Source: Felis catus
Lineage: Eukaryota
DNA: 64,000 nt
NCBI RefSeq assembly: GCF_018350175.1
Contig: NC_058368.1
Coordinates: 122,452,001 to 122,516,000, forward strand
Reading direction: 5' to 3'
This document shows, one piece after another, positions 12,700 through 24,414 of this stretch. Below the pieces are notes generated by a model, which was not told the DNA's origin, searched no databases, and saw nothing but the letters and a program-made list of their open reading frames with translations. The translations under genes were made by a program, and so were the position numbers. The stretch's first letter is position 1; every line of letters starts with the position of its first letter.

Positions 12700-13345
12700 T
12701 AATGACTCCTACATTGTTGGCCTGAGCCACTGGGTGAATGATTGTGTCATCCACTAACATGGGGAGATCTGAGGAGAATCAGATTCATTGTGAAAATCAA
12801 GAAACCTCTTTTAGCTGTGTTAATTTTGAGTTGCCTTTTAGTCATCCAAGTAGAGCTGCGGAACAGGCAGCAAGTCCAAAGCTCAGAAGAGACATCCAGG
12901 GTCCAAGGAAAAGTCCAACAAAACACAAATGTGGGGAAAATAGGCTTATAGATGCTAGTTAAGCCAAGACTTCAAGGGAGCATATGTGGAGAGAAATTAA
13001 ATAGCTAAAAGAAAAGGGCCAAGGAGTAAAGACCCAGAGCATCCTTATAGTTCTGATGGAGAAAGAAGACTCAGGCAACCAGACAGAGAAGGAACAGCCT
13101 GGAAGCTAGGGCGAGTATGGCATCCTAGAATCTAGAGACTGTTTCACAAAGGAGGGAGTGCACACTATTTCAAGTGCCATGGAGAGGTCAGAAATAAGGA
13201 GACAAAGAACATGGGAAGGAAGGAGACTGCAAACTTGGGAAGATACAGATATTGTGACTTTGATAACCGCCAAGTCCAAATGATTGGACAAAGGATCAGA
13301 GGGAGTGGCTTGGTGAGAACACAGGAAGTGAGTGATGTTATTTGG
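12700..13345 (-). mobile_element. L2 fragment, apparently resuming at about 23930-24400
   Basis: Purine-rich L2-type motifs (ttgagttgccttttagtcatccaagtagag; gtgactttgata); similar sequence order at 54060-55350. Confidence 0.55.
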
Positions 13346-13979
13346 GGAGGGTGGGATGCAAAGTGGTTGTGTTGTGTTTTGAGATTCATCCACATCGTCA
13401 TGGGTAGCAATAATGTATTGTGATTTCTCTATCATACTCCATTGCATGAATATCCCATAATTTACTTATCCATCTCACTACTGATGGATATTTGAGTGGT
13501 TTCCAGTTTGAGACTTTTACAAATAGTCCTGCTATTAACATTCTTGTTTGTATTTTTTGGTAAGCAAAAGTACATATATTTGGGGATGTAAACCTAAGAA
13601 TTAAATCATTGGATCCTAGGATTCATAGGGGTTCTGCTGGCAAATGGTTTTCAAAAGAAGTTCCAATTTATACACACATCAGCCATATATGGTAATTCAG
13701 GTTGCTATAAAACCCTACCAATATTTGGTATTGTCAGTTGCTCTACAGTGTTCTAGTAAATGTGTACTGTCATCTGGTTGTGGTTTTAGTTTGAACTTCC
13801 CTGGTGTCTTGGGACTTTGGACACATTTTTATATGATTGTTGGCCATTTGGAAGCCTCTTTTATAAAGTGCTTAAGTCTTGTACATCTCTTGGTTGCCTT
13901 TTCTTCTCAGTGGCCCATTTTTGAATATAATTTATTTGTCCAATCTATGACTTACCTTTCACTCTGTAAGGATATTATT

Positions 13980-14197
13980 ATTTTTTTTAATTTTAATATT
14001 TATTTATTTTTGAGACAGAGAGAGAGACAGAGCACGAGCAGGGCAGGAGCAGAGAGTGGGAGACACAGAATCCAAAGCAGACTCCAGGCTCTGAGCTGTC
14101 AGCACAGAGCCTGACGCGGGGCTCTAAGTCACAGACCACGAGATCATAACCTGAGCTGAAGTCGGACGCTCAACCAACTGAGCCACCCAGGCGCCCC
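13980..14197 (-). mobile_element. Can-SINE
   Basis: TSD aggatattatt at 13969-13979 and 14198-14208. Confidence 0.92.
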
Positions 14198-14763
14198 AGG
14201 ATATTATTTTTTTTAGCAGTCAAAAAGCTTGGATTAAAATGTGGTGTAGATAGTTTATCCATCTTTTCCTCATCAGTTGTGTCTTCTGTGTCCTGTTTAG
14301 GAAATCTTTGCCTATACCAAGGTGACAATATTCTACCCTGTTTCGTAGTAGCATGGCTGTTTTAACGTTTACATGTAGATCTGTCATCGAGGGTCAAGAT
14401 TCACTTTTTCCCCATAAGGAAATCTAATTAACCCAACACCGTTCACTGAAAAGTTTCTCCTTTTCTTATTGCACTGCAGTAACACATTTGTTGCTAGTCA
14501 AGCCACCAAATATGTATGGATTTCTAGACTTTGTTCTATTGATCTACTAATCAATACACTACACTAATCACTACAATACACTACACTACTACTAATCAAT
14601 ACACTAAGTGTGTACACTTACACATTTATCACACTACCTTAATTACTGTAGCTTTCTACAAGGAGCAGAATTCAGTAACATAATTCTTCTGGATTATCTT
14701 GACTGGAGTTGGCCCTTTGTAATTCAATGTAAATTTCATAATCAGCTTGTGAACTTGCATTTT

Positions 14764-14984
14764 ATTTTATTTTTTTAATGTTTATTTATTTTTGACAAAA
14801 ACAGAGAGAGAGACAGAGCATGAGTGGGGGAGAGGCAGAGAGAGAGGGAGACACAGAATCCGAAGCAGGCTTCAGGCTCTGAGCTGTCAGCACAGAGCCC
14901 GACACAGGGCTCGAACTCACAGACCGTGAGATCACGACCTGAGCCGAAGTCTGATGCTCAACTGACTGAGCCACCCAGGGGCCC
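14764..14984 (-). mobile_element. Can-SINE
   Basis: TSD tgt(g/c)aacttgcatttt flanks the element. Confidence 0.92.
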
Positions 14985-15076
14985 CTGTCAACTTGCATTT
15001 TAAAAGTACTGGTATTTGTACCAGGTTACATTGAATCTAATTCAGAGAGGATTAAGGTCTTTTTAAAATATTAAAC

Positions 15077-15330
15077 ATGCCTGGGTGGCTCAGTTGGTTA
15101 AGCGACTGACTTCGGCTCAGGTCACAATCTCACGGTTCGTGAGTTCCAGCCCCGCGTCAGTCTCTATGTTGACAGCTCAGAGCCTAGAGCCTGCTTTGGA
15201 TTCTTTGTCTCCCTCTCTCTCTGCCCCTTTTCTACTCACTCTCTGTTTCTCTCTAAATACACAAATAATTAAAATTAAAATATTTAGAGTACTCTAAATT
15301 AACATTGAAAAAATTTAAAAAAAAAAATTA
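15077..15330 (+). mobile_element. Can-SINE
   Basis: gcctgggtggctcagttggttaagcg head, A-rich tail. Confidence 0.9.
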
Positions 15331-15792
15331 AACCTTCCTTCATAAATTTTATATATATCTATGTATTTTCCTGTATATTTAGGTATCCCTTGATTTCTCT
15401 CCTGGGTTTCACTTTTTATTGTAGAGAGCTAATGTATCTGTCTTTAGATTTATGCCTATGCATATTTCTGATATGATTACAAATGGTAATTACTTATCAA
15501 AATTTTATTTTCTAGTAATTTGTTGCTTGTTTAGCAATATACAGTTGATTTTTCTTTTAACTTTATTTTTTATTTTTTAAAATTTACATCCAAATTGGCA
15601 TATAGTGAAGCAATGATTTCAGGAGTAGATTCCTTAATGCCCCTTACTCACTTAGCCCATCCCCCCTCCCACCACCCCTCCAGCAACCCTCAGTTTGTTC
15701 TCCATATTTATGAGTCTCTTCTCTTTTGTCCCCCTCCCTGTTTTTATATTAATTTTGTTTCCCTTCCCTTATGTTCATCTGTTTTGTCTCTT

Positions 15793-16004
15793 TTTTTTTT
15801 TCACCGTTTATTTATTTTTGGGACAGAGAGAGACAGAGCATGAACAGGGGAGGGGCAGAGAGAGAGGGAGACACAGAATCAGAAACAGGCTCCAGGCTCT
15901 GAGCCATCAGCCCAGAGGCTGACGCGGGGCTCGAACTCACGGACCATGAGATCGTGACCTGGCTGAAGTCGGACGCTTAACCGACTGCGCCACCCAGGCG
16001 CCCC
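15793..16004 (-). mobile_element. Young felid SINE (SINEC_Fc-type) inserted at the L1 ORF2 stop/3'UTR boundary
   Basis: TSD tgttttgtctctt at 15780-15792 and 16005-16017; CpG-rich, near consensus. Confidence 0.95.
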
Positions 16005-16015
16005 TGTTTTGTCTC

Positions 16016-19000
16016 TTAAAGTCCTCATATGAGTGAAATCATATTTTTTTTTGTCTTTCTCTGACAGACTAATTTCACTTAGCATAATACCCTCCAGTTC
16101 CACCCACATAGTTGCAAATGGCAAGATTTCCTTCTTTTTGATTGCCGAGTAATACTCCATCGTACATATGTACCACATCTTCTTTATCCATTCATCCATC
16201 AATGGACATTTGGGCTCTTTCCATACTTTGGCTATTGTTGATAGTGCTGCTATAAACATGGGGGTGCATGTGTCCCTTCAAAACAGCACCCCTGTATCCC
16301 TTGGATAAATGCCTAGTAGTGCAATGGCTGGGTCATAGGGTAGTTCTATTTTTAGCTTTTTGAGGAACCTCCATACTGTTATCCAGAGTGGCTGCACCAG
16401 CTTGCATTCCCACCAACAATGCAAAAGACCCCGCATCCTTGCCAACATCTGTTGTTGCCTGAGTTGTTCATGTGAGCCATTCTGACAGGTGTAAGGTGGT
16501 ATCTCATTGTGGTTTTGATTTGTATTTCCCTGATGATGAGTGATGTGGAGCATTTTTTCATGTGTCGGTTGGCCATCTGGATGTCTTCTTTAGAGAAGTA
16601 TCTATTCATGTCTTCTGCCCATTTCTTCATTGGATTATTTGTTTTTTGGGTGTTGAGTTTGATAAATTCTTTATAGATTTTGGATACTAACCCTTTATCT
16701 GATATGTCATTTGCAAATATCTTCTCCCATGCTGTCAGTTGCCTTTTAGTTTTGCTGATTGTTTCCTTCGCTGTGCAGAAGCTTTTTATTTTGATGAGGT
16801 CCCAGTAGTTCCTTTTTGCTTTTGTTTCCCTTGCCTCCAGAGACGTGTTGAGTAAGAAGTTGCTGCGGCCAAGATCAAAGAGGTTTTTGCCTGCTTTCTC
16901 CTCGAGTTTTTTGATGGCTTCCTGTCTTACATTGAGGTCTTTCATCCATGTTGCGTTTCTTTTTGTGTATGGTATAAGAAAGTGGTCCAGGTTCATTTTT
17001 CTGCATGTCGCTGTCCAGTTTTCCCAGCACCACTTGCTGAAGAGACTGTCTTTATTCCACTGGATATTCTTTCCTGGTTTGTCAAAGATTAGTTGGCCAA
17101 ACGATTGTGGGTCCATTTCTGGGATCTCTATTCTGTTCCATTGATCTGAGTGTCTGTTCTTGTGCCACTACCATACTGTCCTGATGATTACAGCTTTGTA
17201 GTATAGCTTGAAGTCTGGGGTTGTGATGCCTCCTGCTTTGGTTTTCTTTTTCAAGATTGCTTTGGCTATTCGGGGTCTTTCCTGGTTCCATACAAATTTT
17301 AGGATTATTTGTTCTAGCTCTGTGAAGAATGCTGGTGTTATAGGGACTGCATTGAATATGTTGATTGCTTTGGGTATTATCGACATTTTAACAATATTTG
17401 TTCTTCCTATCCAGGAGCATGGAATCTTTTTCCATTTCTTTGTGTCTTCTTCAATTTCTTTCATAAGCTTTCTACAGTTTTGAGTGTATATATTTTTCAC
17501 CTCTTTGGTTAGATTTATTCCTAGGTATTTTATGTTTTTTTGTGAAACTATAAATGGGATCGATTCCTTGACTTCTCTTTCTGTCACTTCATTGTTGGTG
17601 TATAGGAATGCAACTGATTTCTGTGCATTGATTTTATATCCTGCAACTTTGCTGAATTCATGAATCAGTTCTAGCAGTTTTTTGGTGGAATCTTTAGGGT
17701 TATCCATGTAGAGTATCATGTGATCTGTGACGAGTGAAAGTTTGACCTCCTTCTGGATGATTTGGATGCCTTTTATTTCTTTGTGTTGTCTGATTGCAGA
17801 GGCTAAGACTTCCAATAGTATGTTGATTAACAGTGGTGAGAGTGGACATCCCTGTCTTGTTCCTGACCTTATGGGGAAAGCTCTCAGTTTTTCCCCACTG
17901 AGGATGATATTAGCGTTGGGTCGTTCATATATGGCTTTTATGATCTCGAGGTATGATCCTTCTATATCTACTTTCTTGAGGGTTTTTATCAAGAAGGCGT
18001 GCTGTATTTTGTCAAATGCTTTCTCTGCATCAATTGAGAGGATCATATGGTTCTTGTCCTTTCTTGTATTGGTGTGATGAATCACGTGAATTGTTTTGCA
18101 GATAATGAACCAGCCCTGTATCCCAGGTATAAATCTTGCTTGGTCATGGCGAATAATTTTTTTAATGTATTGTTGGATCCGGTTGGCTAATATCTTATTG
18201 AGGATTTTTGCATCCATGTTCATCAGGGAAATTGGTCTATAGTTCTCCTTTTTAGTGGGGTCTCTGTCTGGTTTTGGAATCAAGGTAATGCTGGCTTCAT
18301 AGAAAGAGTTTGGAAGTTTTCCTTCCATTTCTATTTTTTGGAACAGTTTCAAGAGAATAGGTATTAACTCTTCTTTAAATGTTTGGTAGAATTCCCCTGG
18401 AAAGGCATCTGGTCCTGGACTCTTGGGTTTTTTGGCAGATTTTTGATTACTAATTCGATTTCCTTACTGGTTTTGGTTCTGTTCAAATTTTCTATTTCTT
18501 CCTGTTTCAGTTTTGGTAGTATATATGTTTCTAGGAATTTGTCCATTTCTTCTAGATTGCCCATTTTATTGGCATATAATTGCTCATAATATTCTCTTAT
18601 TATTGTTTTTATTTCTGTTGTGCTGGTTGTGATCTCTCCTCTTTCATTCTTGATTTTACTTATTTGGGTCCTTTCCTTTTTCTTCTTGATCAAACTGGCT
18701 AGTGGTTTATCAGTTTTGTTAATTCTTTCAAAGAACCAGCTTCTGGTTTCATTGATCTGTTCTACTGTATTTTTTTTTTTTTTGGTTTCAATAGCATTAA
18801 TTTCTGCTCTAATATTTATTATTTCCTGTCTTGTGCTGGTTTTGGGTTTTATTTCCTGTTCTTTTTCCAGCTCCTTAAGGCGTAAGGTTAGGTTGTGTAT
18901 CTGAGATCTTTCTTCCTTCTTTAGGAAGTCCTGGATTGCTATATACTTTTCTCTTATGACCGCCTTTGCTGTGTCCCAGAGGTTTTGGGTTGTGGTTGCT

Positions 19001-19829
19001 ATCATTTTCATTAACTTCCATATACTTTTTAATTTCCTCTTTAACTTCTGGTTAGCCCATTCATTCTTTGGTAGGATGTTCTTCAGTCTCCAAGTATTTG
19101 TTACCTTTCCAAATTTTTTCTTGTGGTTGATTTCAAGTTTCATAGCATTGTGGTCTGAAAATATGCACGGTATGATCTCAATATTTTTGTACTTACTTAG
19201 GGTTGATTTGTGTCCCAGTATATGATCTATTCTGGAGAACGTTCCATGTGCACTGGAGAAGAATGTATATTCTGCTGCTTTAGGATGAAATGTTCTGAAT
19301 ATATTTACTAAGTCCATCTGGTCCAATGTGTCATTCAAAGCCATTGTTTCCTTGTTGATTTTTTGCTTACATGATCTGTCCATTGCTGTGAGTGGGGTGT
19401 TGAAGTCTACTATTATGGTATTACTGTCGATGAGTTTCTTTATGTTTGTGATTGATTTATATATTTGGGTGCTTCTACTTTTGGCGCATAAATGTTTACA
19501 ATTGTTAGGTCTTCTTGGTCTATAGACTCCTTGATTGTGATATAACGCCCTTCTGCATCTCTTGATACAGTCTTTGTTTTAAAGTCTAGATTGTCTGATA
19601 CAAGTATGGCTACTCCAGCTTTCTTTTGTTGACCATTAGCATGATAGATGGTTCTCCATGCCCTTATTTTCAATCTGTAGGTGTCTTTAGGTCTAAAGTG
19701 GGTCTCTTGTAAACAGCATATAGATGGATCTTGTTTTCTTATCCATTCTGTTACCCTATGTCTTTTGATTGGAGCATTGAGTCCATTGACGTTTAGAGTG
19801 AGTACTGAAAGATATGAATTTATTGCCAT
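16016..19829 (-). pseudogene. L1 ORF2p (endonuclease + reverse transcriptase), broken into at least 5 frames
   Basis: [25 protein letters not shown] and QGCPLSP motifs; the RT motif FADD reads VTDH at 17720-17731. Confidence 0.95.
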
Positions 19830-19940
19830 TATGATGCTTGTAGAGTTGGAGTTTGTGGTGGTGTTCTCTGGTCCTTTCTAATCTTTTGTTGCTTTTGGTG
19901 TCTATTTATTTATATATATATTTTTTCGTCTTTTCTCCCG

Positions 19941-20822
19941 TCAGAGAGTTCCCCTTAAAATTTCTTGCAGGGCTGGTTTAGTGGTCACAAACTCCTTTAA
20001 TTTTTGTTTGTCTTGGAAACTTTTTATCTCTCCTTCTATTTTGAATGACAGCCTTGCTGGATAAAGAATTCTTGGCTGCATATTTTTCTGATTCAGCACA
20101 CTGAATATATCCCACCACTCCTTTCTGGCCTGCCAAGTTTCTGTAGATAGGTCTGCTGCAAACCTGATCTGTCTTCCCTCGTAGGTTAGGGACTTTTTTT
20201 CCCTTGCTGCTTTCATGATTCTCTCCTTGCCTGAGTATTTTGTGAATTTGACTATGATATGCCTTGTTGATGATCGGGTTTTGTTGAATCTAACGGGAGT
20301 CCTCTGTGCTTCCTGCATTTTGAGGTCTGTGTCTTTCCCCAGGTTAGGAAAGTTTTCTGCTATGATTTGCTCACATAACCCTTCTACCCCTGTTTCTCTC
20401 TCTTCCTCCTCTGGGACCCTTATGATTCTAATGTTGTTCCTTTTTAATGAGTCACTGATTTCTCTAATTCCAAAATCATGCTCTTTTGCCTTAATCTCCC
20501 TCTTTTTTTCTGCTTCCTTATTCTCTACAAGTTTGTCCTCTATATCGCTGATTCTCTGTTCTGCCTCATCCATCCTTGCCACCGCTGCATCCATCCATGA
20601 TTGCAGCTCAGTTATAGCATTTTTAATTTCATTCTGGCTATTTTTTACTTCTTTTATCTCTGCAGAAAGGGATTCTAATCTATTTTTGACTTCAGCTACT
20701 ATTCTTATTATCGTGATTCTAAATTCTGGTTCAGACATCTTGCTTGCATTTGTGTTGGTTAAATCCCTGGCTGTCGTTTCTTTGTGCTCTTTCTTTTGGG
20801 GTGAATTCCTTCATTTTGTCAT
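19941..20822 (-). pseudogene. L1 ORF1p (about 293 codons) with a nonsense codon at position 4; open from the Met at 20738
   Basis: ATG ACA AAA TGA AGG AAT TCA CCC CAA AAG (MTK*RNSPQK) in frame with ORF-track 19941..20738; coiled coil, RNNIRI, ENFPNL and YPARLS motifs. Confidence 0.9.
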
Positions 20823-21029
20823 TTTGAAGGCAGAAAGGAATTAATGAGGTAGAAAAATTGAAATTAAATTAAAATAAAAAATATTAAAATTAAAAATTAA
20901 AACACACACACACAAAAATTGAAGAGATGATGCTAGATCCTAGGTGTGTTTTCGTCTGGGTGTTGAAAGTGGTTTGACAGATTAGAGAAACAAAAATAAA
21001 AGGGGGGAGGGGAAAAAAAAAAAAGGAAA

Positions 21030-21955
21030 TCGTTTGAGAATTTGAAAAAATGAATACACTAAAGTAGACTAAAATGAAATTATGTGGGTAAAATAGAATT
21101 TGAAAAATATACACAAAAGTAGAGAATATAGTAGAAAAAATTAAGAAAAAATGTTTTTAATAAAAATTAAAAAGAAGTATGAATTTTTTCATTTTATGTA
21201 TTTAAGAAAAAAGAAAATAAATGAAAAAGAGAAAAAAAGAAAAAAAATCATTGGAAAATTTGAAAAAGTGAATACACTGTAGTAGACTGAAATAAAATGA
21301 GAGTAAGATAGAATTTGAAAAAATTTACATAAAAGCAAAAAATATAGTAATAAAAATTAAATAAAAATATTTTTATCTATTTTTTTTTAATTTTTTTTCC
21401 AACGTTTTTATTTATTTTTGGACAGAGAGAGACAGAGCATGAACGGGGGAGGGGCAGAGAGAGAGGGAGACACAGAATCGAAAACAGGCTCCAGGCTCTG
21501 AGCCATCAGCCCAGAGCCTGACGCGGGGCTCGAACTCACGGACCGCGAGATCGTGACCTGGCTGAAGTCGGACGCCCAACCGACTGCGCCACCCAGGCGC
21601 CCCGTAAATAAAAATATTTTTAAAAGAAATTGAAAGTAAAAATGAAGTTTTTCTCTTTCTGCATTGAAGAAAAAGAAATGAAAGAGAAAAAAAGAAAAAT
21701 AAAGAAAAAAAAAGAAACTGTGTGAAAATTTGAAAAGGTGAGTATACTGAAGTAGACTGAAATACAATGATGGAAGTAAAGTAGAATTTGAAAAAAATTT
21801 ACAAAAATGTAAAAAATATAGTAATAAAAATTAAAGACATATTTTTAATAAAAATTGAAAATAAAAATGAGGCTTTTCTCTTTCTCTATTCAAGAAAAAG
21901 AAAATAATTGTAAAAGAGAAAAAGGAAAAAGAGAAAAAAAAAGAAAAAAGAAAAG
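21030..21955. repeat. Three degenerate tandem copies of an approximately 220-bp unit in the L1 5'UTR
   Basis: aatttgaaaa..tga.ta.act..agtagact.aaat recurs at 21039, 21257 and 21727; spacing is 218, then 223 after removing the SINE and one TSD. Confidence 0.85.
21376..21603 (-). mobile_element. Young felid SINE inserted in unit 2 of the L1 5'UTR repeat
   Basis: TSD taaataaaaatattttta at 21358-21375 and 21605-21622. Confidence 0.95.
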
Positions 21956-21959
21956 TTGA

Positions 21960-23207
21960 ATAGATGAACCTGCTAACAGATTGAAGTAGGACTGAAATTG
22001 CTTCATTTTCCCCTAGAGGTCAGTCCATGTAGCTCTTTATAGTCCATAAATTAAGCCGGCGGGGAGATGGTGTTCTTGAAGTGCAAAGTTGGCCCAGTTG
22101 GGCGGGGCTCGGTGTAACAGCTCTGCTGTCCCCTAGATGGCGCTGCTAGCCTACTGGGTGGATTGTTGTGGTGCTAGTACATGCGCATGCAAGTGAGCGG
22201 TGAAAATGGCACCACCCAGCTACCCAGTCTGTTCTCCCGTATCAGCAATCGCACACTGGTCCTCCATCTTCAACTCTCATCCCCTCCCCGCTTTTCCACT
22301 CTCTGTGCCCAGGCCCCAGGCAGTACCTCTCTCCCAAGTTTTGTCTCAGATGTGGCTTTTTCCCCAGCCCCTTACTTCCGAAGGACTGTGGCTTTGACCG
22401 GTTCTGCCCCTCTGTGGAAGGGCCTCACTGAGCAATGGCCGAATGTCGGCTGCACCCAGGAACACCCGCTGGACCCTGCTGTTGCCAGTGCCCCGAGACT
22501 GCAGCTAGGTGCCAGGTTGCCCCCCAAAAAGATCGTGAGGCAGTGTAGCAGCAGCGTTTCAGGGATTATGGAAAATCACAACACACATCTGACAGCAGGC
22601 TTCACCCTTAACAACCTTGCCCCAGCACCAGCGAGTGTGGCTGCCTTCCGGGGTCTGCTGGGACCATGTGGCTTCAACAGTCTCTACCAAATGTCCTTCC
22701 AGCAGTGGAACCACTTTTCCCCATGTGGCCCGAGAACCTCTGGACCCCGCTCTGTTCCTGAGGGTTCACGTTTCCCACCAGAGCACCGCCAGGTATCGAG
22801 CTGTGGAGTTGCAGCCTTTGCGCTCCCCTTGTTTACAGTCTTAATGGAATTTAAACTCTCTCCTTTCTCCCTTTTTAGTTTAGTCCCTGCGGCTGTTTCC
22901 AATTTTCCACTTTCTCTCCAGCTGCTTTTGGGGAGGGGTGCTTTTCCCGTATGCTTCCCCCTCCAGTCTCCATCCTCTCTCTGCCTGCAAAAGGGGTTCC
23001 CTACCTTTCGTGGCTTCTTGCTCCCCAAGTTCAGCTCTTCGTGTCATGTACCTGCTGAATTCTGTGGTTCAGTTTGTGCAGATTGTTGTGTTAATCTTCC
23101 AATCCGTTTTCTAGGTGTGTAGGATGGTTTAGTGTTGGTCTGTCTGTATTTCATGGACATGAGACACACAAAAAGCTTCCATGCTCTTCTGCCATCTTGG
23201 CTCCTCC
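21960..23207 (-). promoter_or_regulatory. GC-rich L1 5'UTR internal promoter region
   Basis: Raised GC and CpG content; YY1 motif GCCATCTT at 23191-23198, just inside the element's 5' end as in mammalian L1s. Confidence 0.7.
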
Positions 23208-23221
23208 TACAGTTGATTTTT

Positions 23222-23750
23222 AATATTGACTTTGTGTCCTGTGAACTTGCTAAATTCTCTTACTAATTCTGATCATTAGGCTGTATATTCTTATGGATTT
23301 TCCATATTTACAATCATGTCATTAACTAATAATGACAGTTTAACTTCTTCCTTTCCCATTTTGATATTTTTATATTCACACTTACTGCATTTGCATCGAG
23401 AAGTGTTGGATATAGTAGACATCCTTTGTTTGTCCTCATTTCATGGGGGGTTTTCAAGATTCTAAGATTTCATATGATGTTTGCTTTAGGCTCTTTGTAG
23501 ATAATGTTCATTACAATAAGGAAGTTTTCTTTCAGTCCTAGTTTGTTAGAAGTTTTTATCTACTATAATTTGTCTAATGTGTTTTCTATTGAGATCATTT
23601 CTATGATGTGCTGAAGTAAATTAATTGATTTGCAAATCTGAAAATGAGCTTCTTAAAATAAGCCCTACTTGTTCACGTTCTATTAAAATAAATGCTCGTT
23701 GGTCATGTTCTATTATCTTTTTGTATATATAATCAGATACTATAATATAG
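23222..23750 (-). mobile_element. Ancient L1, right part
   Basis: aatattgactttgtgtcctgtgaacttgctaaattc... continues the sequence interrupted at 15553. Confidence 0.75.
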
Positions 23751-24414
23751 ATTTTTTAAACATTTTGTATATTTATTTTCTTATTTGTATGTTGTTATTT
23801 ATAGTTATTTTATGTTTTTCATATTTATATATTATTTTTATTGATATTATTATTGTTAAATATATTTAAAATTTTTAATTGTTAAATACACACACACACA
23901 TTTTAGATGTGCATACACAAGTCTGGGCACAGAGTAGGAGCCCATTGGGAGGAAAGAATGGATAATGTGGGGAAGAATGGGGAGGAATGCCAGAGTGAGC
24001 TCCTGAAGATGGTGAGCTGGCTGTGACGGGGGGCTCAGGTAATGAGCTGGCCTTAGGTAGAAGTGGGGCACTGCTTTCACTGTGCTAGGAGAGAAGGCAG
24101 AGTAGGTAAGTGTACAGATTTGTAGGCTGGTAGACTTGTTGGTGGGCAGATGAAGGAGTTCTTGTGTCATTGCGGCTGTGACCCATGAGGTCATCAACTG
24201 AGAAGGAGGACTGAGCATAGTATGGGAGACTGTGAGGAGAGAAGTTGCCGGGTGAATGAATGTCTGAAATTAATAGAGGATTGGAATAAGATTTTCTAAG
24301 TAGCCATGTGACACCTGTGGTTATAAATTTAAAGTGAATCCAGCTTTGTGTTGTTCTCCTGAGAGTGCACATAATAGATGTTAGTTTTCTGCTCTTTCCA
24401 TTTCTTTTATGTCT

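Larger units (their letters stand above)
13350..15539 (-). mobile_element. Ancient L1 (L1M-type), left part; host of the full-length L1
   Basis: Degenerate L1 3'/ORF2 antisense text (gagattcatccacatcgtc...tttccagtttg; acactaccttaattactgtagcttt); continues at 23222. Confidence 0.75.
15554..23207 (-). mobile_element. Full-length carnivore LINE-1, antisense to STK32A, inactivated
   Basis: Exact TSD tacagttgattttt at 15540-15553 and 23208-23221; TT/AAAAA endonuclease site; 5' end GGAGGAGCCAAGATGGCAG; 5'UTR, ORF1, ORF2, 3'UTR and decayed poly(A) in order. Confidence 0.97.

Noticed and set aside
20215..20844. 209-aa plus-strand ORF and other hydrophobic plus-strand ORFs in 16845-19881
   Set aside because: They are antisense shadows of L1 ORF1/ORF2.
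21030..21955. CRISPR-like repeat-spacer array
   Set aside because: These are degenerate tandem units without unique spacers, inside a mammalian L1.
15554..23207. Active, retrotransposition-competent L1
   Set aside because: ORF1 nonsense codon, multiple ORF2 frameshifts, mutated RT motif, SINE insertions and a decayed poly(A).
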